Assembly: GCA_045604025.1 (NCBI GenBank)
Contig: JAZUNG010000027.1
Coordinates: 1 to 63,834 of the forward strand
From: Lachnospiraceae bacterium
GTDB taxonomy: Bacteria; Bacillota; Clostridia; Lachnospirales; Lachnospiraceae
Direction: 5' to 3'
Length of the DNA stretch: 63,834 bases
Shown: positions 48,719 to 57,273 of the stretch, piece after piece
How the letters are laid out: every line of letters begins with the position of its first letter
Numbering within the stretch: position 1 is the first letter of the stretch
Notes under the pieces: model-generated
What the model was told of the DNA's origin: nothing
Databases searched by the model: none
Seen by the model: the letters and a program-made list of their open reading frames with translations, nothing else
Position numbers and translations under genes: made by a program

Positions 48719-50212
48719 TTATAGCTCCAGAGTATTGATCTCTTCCATCAGCTCGTTTTCACGCTCATGGAACATCAACTGATGGTCATGTGCAAAGTAC
48801 TCATCTGAGCCATATCTGCTGATGAATCTTGCGGAATAGTTGTTGATGGTCAGCTCTGTGACCAGGATGATCATCTCACGGCTGTCACCGTTTGCATCCA
48901 TGCCGAACATGCGCTCTGTAAAGCGGAACAGGTTGGCCATCTTCTCACCTGCATCGGCAGCCTGGTCCTTCAGTGCTGTTACGCGGCCTGAGAAATCAGC
49001 CCTGATATCATCGAATGATCCGAGCTCCTTCATTTCGTTCAGGATAGCGATAACACGGTTCAGTGTGAACAGGCGGTCTGGTGAAAGAGTAGATGAACGC
49101 TTGCCGGTGTCGATCTCTCTGTTCACATTTGCAATCTGTGCCTGTACGGCGTCGCTGACGGAAGAGCCGCCATCCAGAGCATTCTTGACGTCCTTCAGTC
49201 TCGGGACCAGATCGCTCATGGCATCTTCTTCAAAACATACAGCCTTGAGATAGCCTGTCAGTCCGTCCAGCAGCAGGCCTAAAAGGCTCAGACGCTCATC
49301 GGAGCCTGCCTGTTTTGCACGGGTCCTGATATCGACATCGAAGTCGCCTGCCAGGATCTTGTCAACCTGATAATCAGAGCGGTACTTGTTGAACAGATCG
49401 TAGTAAGCCGCGAAATCCCTGGCAATACGGTCGTTCTGCAGATACTGACGCACCAGCCTCTCCGTAACCTTGAACCCTCTCTTTTCATATATACGGAGCA
49501 TGCCGGACATATCGACCCATCCACGGGCTGTTACGAATGTCTTGCCGTCAGCCGTGGACTCAACCTTGTAGAAATCATTTTTCTTGATATCCAGATATGT
49601 GGTGATGGCAGGATGTACGCCGATGTTGACAGCATATTCCTTCCATACCGCATAGTCAGGCTCGATATCGATCCTCTTCAGTCTGTCCCAGGTAACGATA
49701 TCCAGCTCACGGACGGAGTTGTTGTACTCCGGAGGGTTGCCGGCAGTAACGACTATCCATCCCTTCGGAACCTGGTGCTTGCCGAATGTCTTGTACTGCA
49801 GGAACTGCAGCATAGCGGGAGCCAGAGTCTCGGATACGCAGTTGATCTCGTCCAGGAAGAGTATGCCTTCCTCAATGCCTGTATCGTTGATCATATCAAA
49901 AACGCTGGCGATGATCTCACTCATGGTATATTCGGAGACGCTGTATTCTTTGCCATTATAGACCTTGGTCGTGATATAGGGGAGACCCAGCGCACTCTGT
50001 CTGGTGTGGTGCGACATCGAGTAGCTGACCAGACCGACACCCAGCTCCTGGGATATCTGTTCCATAATGGCAGTTTTCCCGATCCCGGGAGGACCCATCA
50101 GAAAGACCGGTCTCTGTCTTTCGATAGGGATCTCATATTCGCCAAATTCATTCTTCGTGAAATAAGCAAATATAGCGTTGCGGATCTCTTCTTTGGCTTC
50201 CTTGATATTCAT
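48719..50212 (-). CDS. AAA+ ATPase (MoxR/AAA_5-like) with a long helical C-terminal extension
   Basis: Walker A LMGPPGIGKTA and Walker B ILFLDEIN, followed by VVTAGNPPEYN. 497 aa. Last gene of a three-gene operon. Confidence 0.8.
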   Translation of the reverse strand: MNIKEAKEEIRNAIFAYFTKNEFGEYEIPIERQRPVFLMGPPGIGKTAIMEQISQELGVGLVSYSMSHHTRQSALGLPYITTKVYNGKEYSVSEYTMSEIIASVFDMINDTGIEEGILFLDEINCVSETLAPAMLQFLQYKTFGKHQVPKGWIVVTAGNPPEYNNSVRELDIVTWDRLKRIDIEPDYAVWKEYAVNIGVHPAITTYLDIKKNDFYKVESTADGKTFVTARGWVDMSGMLRIYEKRGFKVTERLVRQYLQNDRIARDFAAYYDLFNKYRSDYQVDKILAGDFDVDIRTRAKQAGSDERLSLLGLLLDGLTGYLKAVCFEEDAMSDLVPRLKDVKNALDGGSSVSDAVQAQIANVNREIDTGKRSSTLSPDRLFTLNRVIAILNEMKELGSFDDIRADFSGRVTALKDQAADAGEKMANLFRFTERMFGMDANGDSREMIILVTELTINNYSARFISRYGSDEYFAHDHQLMFHERENELMEEINTLEL

Positions 50213-50234
50213 AAAAGCATCTCCTTATCTGTTC

Positions 50235-51722
50235 CTAAAAATCCAGTGCGTTTTCGAGTGCGTCGAAACGCTGCTGCATTTGAGTTTTTGCATCTGTAGT
50301 TACTTTCCGCTCGATCTTCGGGCGGATGCTGTTCTTGTAGCTGAGGAGCAGCGCGCTGGCACTGGCACGCGCACCGGCAGCAGCTCGTTCAATAAGTCTT
50401 TCTATATCCTCCTCCGGGATCAGACGATGGCTGCACATCCATCTGACGATCTCGTCGTTGTCAAGCATATCATCGTAGTAGTCGGTGACATGCGCACGGA
50501 TCTGGTCTGTATATTCCGCTGCAAGATATTTCTCGCAGGTGATACCCGCATTATCTGCCAGGATGAATCCGAGTGAAGCTCTTTTTGCTCCTATATTGGA
50601 TGATATATCACTGAACGGTCTGGTCGAGGTGAACGGGATCACGGTATGATCAGCGCTGAATGCCGGCGGATCATGCGGAGTGCAGAACCAGTGTATATCA
50701 AACGGCAGATCATCCGGAAGTCTCAGCCACATCAGAGCCCTGCAGTTTCTGAATGAACTCTCACCTATAGAGCGTACGCCATCCGGTATATAGAGCTCAG
50801 TCAGCTTTCCGCATCCTTCGAATGAAGACGACCCTAGGCTCACGAGAGTATCGGGGAAATCTATGCCGGTCAGCTCGCTGCATCTGTAGAATGCAGAGTC
50901 TCCAATGGATCTCAGTCTGGACGGCAGTTTGATACGGTCAAAGTTGCGGTTCTCATAGAAGCTTTCCGCACCTATCTCAGTCACCTCGTCCGGTATCTGT
51001 ATCTCCATCAGACCGCCCGGGAAGTACTTCAGACATGAGCCGTCACGGCTGTAGAGTACACCGTCGATACTGCGAAAGAACGGATTGTCCTGCGAGACCA
51101 TGATCCTCTTCAGGGAAGTGCATCCGGAAAATGCGTTGTTTTCCACAGAAGAGATATTCTCCTGGAAAATGATCTCCCTGAGGGAAGAACACCCCAGGAA
51201 CACACCTCTGACCAGAGCCTTGAGAGACTTAGGTAAGGTAATGGAGGTCAGGCCAGAACACATGGAAAATGCGCTGCGGTCTATCTTCTCCAGCGAATCC
51301 GGAAGTGAGACCTCATTCAGCCTGCGGCAGCAGGAGAATGCGAACTCGCCCAGATCTTTCAGACTGGAAGGAAGTACCAGACGGGTGAGCGCCGCGCATG
51401 GTGAAAATGCGCTCTGACCGATAGTTTCCAGTCCTTCAGGAAGGATCAGTTCGGTCAGTCCGCCGCAGCTTGCGAATGCATGGTTTTCTATAACCTTCAG
51501 ACCGGTTGAAAAAGATATCTTCTTCAGTTCCTGACATCCGAAGAAAGCAGATTCTTCGATCCTTTCAAGAGATGCCGGAAAACTGATCCCGGTCAGGTCT
51601 CTGCGTCCATAGAAGACCCTGGGTGCTATTTTGGTCACGCCATCAGGAATATTCACGTGCCCGCCTGCTCCTGTATATTCGATCAGGACTGAGTCATTTA
51701 TATTGAATTCTGTTCCTTGCAT
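50235..51722 (-). CDS. cytoplasmic BspA-type leucine-rich-repeat protein with an unknown C-terminal domain of about 150 aa
   Basis: About 13 repeats of the LRR_5 type (IPxxVxxIGxxAFxxCxxLxxI). No signal peptide or TM helix. Start MQGTEFNIND at 51722 after GGGAG. Confidence 0.75.
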   Translation of the reverse strand: MQGTEFNINDSVLIEYTGAGGHVNIPDGVTKIAPRVFYGRRDLTGISFPASLERIEESAFFGCQELKKISFSTGLKVIENHAFASCGGLTELILPEGLETIGQSAFSPCAALTRLVLPSSLKDLGEFAFSCCRRLNEVSLPDSLEKIDRSAFSMCSGLTSITLPKSLKALVRGVFLGCSSLREIIFQENISSVENNAFSGCTSLKRIMVSQDNPFFRSIDGVLYSRDGSCLKYFPGGLMEIQIPDEVTEIGAESFYENRNFDRIKLPSRLRSIGDSAFYRCSELTGIDFPDTLVSLGSSSFEGCGKLTELYIPDGVRSIGESSFRNCRALMWLRLPDDLPFDIHWFCTPHDPPAFSADHTVIPFTSTRPFSDISSNIGAKRASLGFILADNAGITCEKYLAAEYTDQIRAHVTDYYDDMLDNDEIVRWMCSHRLIPEEDIERLIERAAAGARASASALLLSYKNSIRPKIERKVTTDAKTQMQQRFDALENALDF

Positions 51723-51736
51723 AACTAACTCCCATC

Positions 51737-53065
51737 TTACAGTTCGTCTTTCTGCAGTGTCAGCCGGATACCCCACGCAGGGACAGCGGGCTGGCTGTAA
51801 TCATCATTGATAAATATAAACGCTCCGGGGAATGTCGGCATGGATGCCGGGAATGTCCCGGCAGAGTCCGTGACTGCTATCAGGCCCCGGAGGGTTCTGA
51901 ATGTCTTCTTTCTGAGCAGGTCTGCAGTGCGGTTGAATGCAGGCCTGAAATCAATGCCTTTGTATGGAGCCAGAGCAAGGTCGCTTACAAATGTCTCCAT
52001 CTCACTGTCTGAGGTGATCACGGCATGCTTAAGGGCAGCACCCTGGAAGTCCGCGTCTGGGTCATACGGTATGACCTTCGGTCCGGTGACAGCAGGGTAG
52101 AGTATATGCAGCCTGATCCTGGAGAAGAACGTTTCATTTGCATGCAGTATGTTCCAGGTGTTCAGAAGGAAGAGCTTGATCTTCTGAACGGGCATATCCT
52201 CAGTGACCAGCAATGCCATAGCCACATCCTTGATGCGGGCTGAATCCCTGTATTCGACAGGCTCTATGAGAGGCATCTTTCCGCCGGACATCTGCATCCC
52301 CAGACTGTACATGGTGAAGTCCCACTCATCAGGGTCGAGCTTCATACCGTCACCCTTGGCCAGGAGTTTGGCCAGGAATCCTGCATAGTCTGAAATCTCT
52401 CTGTTGACCTCCTGCAGGTTCAGCAGGACTGCGCCGGCGCGGCTTCCCTGCTGGCGGGTAAATGTCTCCATGTCTACCTGCATGCGTCTCGACACTCCGT
52501 TCCAGATGATGCTTAACGTCTCGCCCTGACGGGTCCATTTGCTGTGGTCATCTGCCCTGAACGTATCTTCAAGAAATTCCAGAGTCTCTTCGTCAGGCCT
52601 GTTCTTGGCATAGTATTTATAGATCTTCTCTGCGGTCAGCATGCCTGCATGCGCTTCCAGATCCGGATATACCTTTTCCTGACGCTGCTGCCTCAGGCAT
52701 TCGGCGGAACGCAGGCTCAGACCGGTCACCGTATACTCGCATGCGATATCACATGCCAGATTCCACAGCCTCAGATCGCAGCCTTCAGGTATGCAGATAT
52801 GCTGGAAGACGCAGTGAAATATCAGATGCAACAGATTTCTGGTCACGGAATTCTGCTCGGCCTTGTAGCTGAGCAGTATGTGACGGGGATCATAATACAT
52901 TCGGTATCCGTCAGTAGTCATGGTCCCGGTGTATGACGTGAACTCCAGCCTGTTCATGGCAATATCAAGAAACCTCAGGTTCACCATGAGTGTATCACGG
53001 GTATAGTTGAGGATCTGCATGGCCAGGGTATTGGCTTTTTCGTTTTGTTCTCTGATCTCAGTCAT
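51737..53065 (-). CDS. DUF2201-type protein (N-terminal putative metallopeptidase domain plus VWA-like domain) with degenerate motifs
   Basis: 442 aa. N-domain LLHLIFHCVFQH, where the family normally has HExxH. The C-terminal VWA-like region lacks an obvious DxSxS MIDAS motif. It is the usual partner of AAA_5 ATPases (family assignment from memory). Confidence 0.6.
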   Translation of the reverse strand: MTEIREQNEKANTLAMQILNYTRDTLMVNLRFLDIAMNRLEFTSYTGTMTTDGYRMYYDPRHILLSYKAEQNSVTRNLLHLIFHCVFQHICIPEGCDLRLWNLACDIACEYTVTGLSLRSAECLRQQRQEKVYPDLEAHAGMLTAEKIYKYYAKNRPDEETLEFLEDTFRADDHSKWTRQGETLSIIWNGVSRRMQVDMETFTRQQGSRAGAVLLNLQEVNREISDYAGFLAKLLAKGDGMKLDPDEWDFTMYSLGMQMSGGKMPLIEPVEYRDSARIKDVAMALLVTEDMPVQKIKLFLLNTWNILHANETFFSRIRLHILYPAVTGPKVIPYDPDADFQGAALKHAVITSDSEMETFVSDLALAPYKGIDFRPAFNRTADLLRKKTFRTLRGLIAVTDSAGTFPASMPTFPGAFIFINDDYSQPAVPAWGIRLTLQKDEL

Positions 53066-53166
53066 AATAATATTCCTGCTATTATTTTCTTATGTTTAGA
53101 GCGTAAATTCAAGCAGAAATTATTTTAACAGTTCCGGGCGGATGTATAAGATGCGGTCCGTGCAGG

Positions 53167-53228
53167 TTGAATTACAGGTAAAACGGAGTATAATACTTAT
53201 TGTGCAATAAAAAACAATACGTATTGTT
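53167..53228 (+). promoter_or_regulatory. methyltransferase promoter followed by two palindromes
   Basis: TTGAAT (53167-53172), 16-nt spacer, TATAAT (53189-53194). Then TTATTGtgCAATAA (53197-53210) and the perfect 16-bp palindrome AACAATACGTATTGTT (53213-53228). Confidence 0.55.
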
Positions 53229-53253
53229 GCGCATTCGCGAGGGGACTGTAAAT

Positions 53254-54003
53254 ATGGAACAGAGACAATATGACGAAATGAAGAAGCAGCAGAATCTCCA
53301 CTGGTGGTATGTCGCCAGAAAAGAGATAGTCAGGGATTTTGCTGCTCATAATCAGGCCTTTGAGTCTGATAATGTAACTATCCTTGATGTGGGATGCGGC
53401 ATGGGTGTCATGCTGGACGCGCTCAGGGAGCACGGGGAAGTATTCGGAACTGATATGAATGAAGAGTCGGTAGAGTACTGCCGGGAGTGTCAGCCTGAAG
53501 GCATCTCGAAAGATCATATCCGCGTGGGATATCTGCCGGATCAGGTACCTTTCGAAAACGGTTCATTTGACTGCATATTCGCACTGGACGTGCTGGAACA
53601 TGTTGAAGATGAGGCGGCCGCAGTGCAGACCATCCACGACCTGCTTAAAAGTAATGGCAGACTGATCATCACGGTGCCCGCCCTGATGAGTCTGTGGAGC
53701 TACAATGATGAGCTGAATCATCATTTTCGCAGATATGATAAGAAGCAGCTGGTGGCAGCCCTTAAGAGGGCAGGCTTCACTGTCGACAAGTGTTCGTATT
53801 ACAACAGCTTCCTCTTCCTGCCCGCATTTCTGGTCAGAAAGATCAAGAACCTGCTGCATATCCAGGAGTCTGACATACCTGATATCGATCATGACACGTT
53901 GGTCAACCGTCTGCTGAAGAAGATATTCGCTGCGGAGAAATACGTTCTCAGGAAACACTCATTCCCTGTGGGGGTATCTCTGATAGCTGCAGCTCACAGA
54001 TAA
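53254..54003 (+). CDS. class I SAM-dependent methyltransferase
   Basis: Start MEQRQYDEM after GAGGGGA. Motif I ILDVGCGMGV. Layout is Methyltransf_11/23-like. Confidence 0.75.
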   Translation: MEQRQYDEMKKQQNLHWWYVARKEIVRDFAAHNQAFESDNVTILDVGCGMGVMLDALREHGEVFGTDMNEESVEYCRECQPEGISKDHIRVGYLPDQVPFENGSFDCIFALDVLEHVEDEAAAVQTIHDLLKSNGRLIITVPALMSLWSYNDELNHHFRRYDKKQLVAALKRAGFTVDKCSYYNSFLFLPAFLVRKIKNLLHIQESDIPDIDHDTLVNRLLKKIFAAEKYVLRKHSFPVGVSLIAAAHR

Positions 54004-54062
54004 TGGCTGTCTGCAGGATCTGCGGATTTGAACTGTCAGATAAACTGTGATATTCTGATAAC

Positions 54063-55058
54063 ATGAAAAAGGACCCTCAGACTGAGTCATCAAAAAAGAA
54101 ATATACAGGCCTGATAATCGTGGCAGTGATCGTGGTACTGATCGCTGCAGGTATTGTCGGTCTGTATCTTTATATGACAGGAGGGCTGACAAGAGTCAGT
54201 GCCACGGATGATGAGTTTGGTATAACAGAGCCTGATGACGAAGCCGAAACTCATGAATATCCCAACATAAATGATGACATAATGAACATAGTTTTCCTCG
54301 GGATAGACCGCCAGGAAAACCGCAGCGATGTCATGATGATCCTGTCTGTAAACAAGACCAAAAAGACATACAAGGTCATCTCTGTCCTGAGAGATACCCG
54401 GGTAGACATAGAAGGGCATGCCCCTACCAAGCTGGGATATGCATACAAGTGGGGAGGTTCAGTATTCGCGGTACGGACCATCAACAGGAACTTCCATACG
54501 GATTTCAACCAGTTTATAACCATGAATTTCGAAAACGTCGCGGAGATCGTTGATTTCGTGGGAGGCGTTGATATCGAACTCAGTCATGAGGAAGCGATAA
54601 GAGTGAACAAGTATTCGCACGATGTTCCGCACGATGCTCCGGATGTGACGGAAGGCTGGAACAAACTCAACGGAGCTCAGGCAGTGGCGTATTCCAGGAT
54701 CAGAGATATAGATTCGGAGTATTACAGGGCGGGCAGGCAGCAGGCTGTTATCGAGTCTATGTTCAGCTCGATCAGGAAAATGCCGGTTACCAGCTATATC
54801 ACCCTGGCCAATCTGGTACTGGGCTGTATGGAAACAACTCTTTCAAACGGAGATATGATCAGTCTGATCTCCTCAGGACCGTCAACATATAAACTGACTA
54901 AATATATCATTCCGGATGAACAATACGAGGAGGATCTGTTCGGAGGCTGGGTGGACAATCCTGACGGAGGACCTGAAGAAGATCCGGTGCAGTGGCTGTG
55001 GGTTTACGATCTGGATGCTGCGTCAGACAGACTGAAGAGTATCATTTACGGAGATTAG
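54063..55058 (+). CDS. LytR-CpsA-Psr (LCP) family cell-wall glycopolymer transferase
   Basis: N-terminal TM helix, then NIVFLGIDRQENRSDVMMILSVN...ISVLRDT...LNGAQAVAYSRIR. Confidence 0.85.
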   Translation: MKKDPQTESSKKKYTGLIIVAVIVVLIAAGIVGLYLYMTGGLTRVSATDDEFGITEPDDEAETHEYPNINDDIMNIVFLGIDRQENRSDVMMILSVNKTKKTYKVISVLRDTRVDIEGHAPTKLGYAYKWGGSVFAVRTINRNFHTDFNQFITMNFENVAEIVDFVGGVDIELSHEEAIRVNKYSHDVPHDAPDVTEGWNKLNGAQAVAYSRIRDIDSEYYRAGRQQAVIESMFSSIRKMPVTSYITLANLVLGCMETTLSNGDMISLISSGPSTYKLTKYIIPDEQYEEDLFGGWVDNPDGGPEEDPVQWLWVYDLDAASDRLKSIIYGD

Positions 55059-55111
55059 TCACATCATTTCTCTTGACAAGAGAAATAAAATGATAAATAC
55101 TGTATCCGAAT

Positions 55112-55184
55112 GGGGCATTAGCGCAGCTGGGGGCGCGCCACAATGGCATTGTGGAGGCCAGGGGTTCGAGCCCCCTATGCTCCA
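55112..55184 (+). tRNA. tRNA-Ala (anticodon GGC)
   Basis: Cloverleaf folded by hand. Acceptor GGGGCAU/AUGCUCC with the G3:U70 alanine identity pair. Anticodon arm CCACA-AUGGCAU-UGUGG. T arm AGGGG-UUCGAGC-CCCCU. CCA is not encoded, and a T-run follows. Confidence 0.9.
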
Positions 55185-55222
55185 TTTTTTGTTATTATTA
55201 TGTATAGATTGAAGGTGATATC

Positions 55223-55609
55223 ATGGCAGAAGTGATAAACAGAGAGCAGGTAAATATTCCGAGGTATCGCTTTGTATGCTTCAACTGCGGAGCCGAGGTA
55301 GTGTATAAGAAGAATGAGATCCACCGCAATCCGGGTCTGAGCAGGGTCGTTCGTAATCATGGCTATGAGGGATTTACAGGCGAGATCCATTGTCCTTCAT
55401 GTGGCACATGGCTGCCTCACTATGATCAGAATGAAGTTCCGGCAGGCTACGGTGTCAGACAGGATCAGGAAGCCCCAAAGCCTCAGGCTGCGCCAGCAGC
55501 CGATGCAGCAGGAGATGCCGAGATGAAGCATATCTTCTGCATATACTGCGGAAAACAGCTGCCGGAAGATGCGGTATTCTGCGGTTACTGCGGCAAGAAG
55601 ATCAGATAA
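55223..55609 (+). CDS. double zinc-ribbon protein, unknown function
   Basis: CFNCG...CPSCG and CIYCG...CGYCG pairs separated by a Pro/Ala/Gln-rich linker. Confidence 0.6.
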   Translation: MAEVINREQVNIPRYRFVCFNCGAEVVYKKNEIHRNPGLSRVVRNHGYEGFTGEIHCPSCGTWLPHYDQNEVPAGYGVRQDQEAPKPQAAPAADAAGDAEMKHIFCIYCGKQLPEDAVFCGYCGKKIR

Positions 55610-55632
55610 CAGAATATCTTTAGCACAAACTG

Positions 55633-55664
55633 AAAGGAGCTTCGCGCGGCGCGAAGCTCCTTTT
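55633..55664. terminator. strong hairpin terminator (copy 1 of a duplicated 45-nt module)
   Basis: AAAGGAGCTTCGCG-cgg-CGCGAAGCTCCTTT followed by T. A near-identical module lies at 57212-57257. Confidence 0.85.
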
Positions 55665-55684
55665 GATTTACAGATAAAGCACAT

Positions 55685-55790
55685 CTGGATATATAGCCCA
55701 ATAGCTGTGGTTGTTATCGTGATCGCGGGAACTGTATTTACATCTGTCAGGAAAAAAGCGGCAATGATCCCGGTACATAAAATCTGTTAG
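55685..55790 (+). pseudogene. orphan 3' fragment (TM-anchor tail) paralogous to the end of gene 56304..57185
   Basis: 55685-55782 aligns by eye with 57101-57199 at about 85% identity. It encodes IWIYSPIAVVVIVIAGTVFTSVRKK, against WIYIPIAVVVIAIAGTVFTSVRRK. There is no upstream gene body. Confidence 0.6.
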
Positions 55791-56009
55791 AGAATGGTAA
55801 ACATGGAAGACTGCTGTATTGTGAAAATACGGCAGTCTTCAAATAAATAATCTTGCATAAATGGCTTCAGAGAGTTCTTTTAGTAACTGCATATAATTAC
55901 GCTATTAGAGTAGATAATAATTGATAAAAAACTTGAAATAAAATATAATCATATATAATATTATAATAGCTAGCACTATATTTTAAATGCTCTAAAAGGT
56001 AGAGAATTA

Positions 56010-56300
56010 ATGAATTATAAACAAAGAAGGCACAATAGATCTGCATTTGTATTATTAATAGTTGTAGTTATACTGTTGTTCTTATGTGACACTTTTTTGG
56101 TGCCACATGTCATACAGGCTGATCCACCTGCCCAGATAGAAGGAGAGTGGATCCAGTCATCAAACGGAAAATGGTGGTACCGGCATACCGACGGTTCATA
56201 TACAACCGATGGCTGGGAATACATCAATGGCAGATGGTATCATTTTGACTCGAGCGGATGGATGCAGACGGGCTGGCTGCGGGTAAATGCCAAGAGGTGA
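56010..56300 (+). CDS. small membrane-anchored protein with cell-wall-binding (CW_binding_1-like) repeats, possibly truncated
   Basis: TM helix, then GKWWYRHTDGSYTTDGWEYINGRWYHFDSSGWMQTGW. AT-rich codon usage compared with its neighbours. Confidence 0.55.
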   Translation: MNYKQRRHNRSAFVLLIVVVILLFLCDTFLVPHVIQADPPAQIEGEWIQSSNGKWWYRHTDGSYTTDGWEYINGRWYHFDSSGWMQTGWLRVNAKR

Positions 56301-56303
56301 AAA

Positions 56304-57185
56304 ATGAAAAAAAGTCTGCTGATGATCCTGCTCGTGCTGATCAGTGTGTCGGCTCTCGGCGTATCTGCCGTTCGGGGTGACTCTGACAATACATTTGTGG
56401 GTATGGATACGGCCAGTGAACTGGATGATCTTGATTATATTTTGCAGGATGCAAATGGCCCCAAGTTTGAGGATGGGGAGATAACAGCCGAGGAACTGGA
56501 TTTCAGCCGTATACAGAAGATACATATCAATACCTTGACATATTTTTTCAAGGATCAGGAGACTGATGCGGGATCGATAAAGGAAATGCTCGATGATGCA
56601 GATTATGTATATTACATGCCCCTGTACAGGGAGCACCAGACCATCTTCCTTACGATCGCCATAGGACGGGAGCTGTCACCTGAAGGAGAAGCGATACTGA
56701 CAGAGGAAGGAAAAGCCTACATCCGTGAACGTGCCGGAAAATGGATAGTGTCAGAGGTCGGAATATCTGAAGAACCATTGGACCCTGCAACTGATTATAT
56801 GGGGCTCATGGAAAGCTATCTGGAACTCAAGGACATACATAACGCAGAGATATATTTTGTCAGCAGGATCAATCCGGAATCCATGATCAACGCAGTATGT
56901 CTTACCGGGAAAAAGACTGAGTCCGGAGAAGATGAGATGATATTCGTAGCGGTCGATAAGCTGGAATATGATGAGTCAGGGGTCCTTGACTACAGTGATG
57001 CTGAGTACACATATGAAGAGCTCCGGAAGATGAACGAGGAAGATGACTGGGGCCCCGAGTATTCAGGAGGAGGCGGAGGCACCGGGAAACGCGATATCAG
57101 CTGGATATATATCCCGATAGCTGTGGTCGTCATTGCGATCGCGGGAACTGTATTTACATCTGTCAGAAGAAAAATGAGGCGATGA
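56304..57185 (+). CDS. secreted, C-terminally TM-anchored protein of unknown function
   Basis: Signal peptide MKKSLLMILLVLISVSALGVSA. A Gly-rich stretch, then the TM tail IPIAVVVIAIAGTVFTSV followed by RRKMRR. Confidence 0.6.
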   Translation: MKKSLLMILLVLISVSALGVSAVRGDSDNTFVGMDTASELDDLDYILQDANGPKFEDGEITAEELDFSRIQKIHINTLTYFFKDQETDAGSIKEMLDDADYVYYMPLYREHQTIFLTIAIGRELSPEGEAILTEEGKAYIRERAGKWIVSEVGISEEPLDPATDYMGLMESYLELKDIHNAEIYFVSRINPESMINAVCLTGKKTESGEDEMIFVAVDKLEYDESGVLDYSDAEYTYEELRKMNEEDDWGPEYSGGGGGTGKRDISWIYIPIAVVVIAIAGTVFTSVRRKMRR

Positions 57186-57224
57186 TTCCGGTTATAAATT
57201 GAACTAAAGCATTAGCACAAACTG

Positions 57225-57257
57225 AAAGGAGCTTCGCGTGGCGCGAAGCTCCTTTTT
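57225..57257. terminator. bidirectional hairpin terminator (copy 2 of the duplicated module)
   Basis: AAAGGAGCTTCGCG-tgg-CGCGAAGCTCCTTT followed by TT. It lies between convergent genes. Confidence 0.85.
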
Positions 57258-57273
57258 CAGTGTTTCAGGCTAT

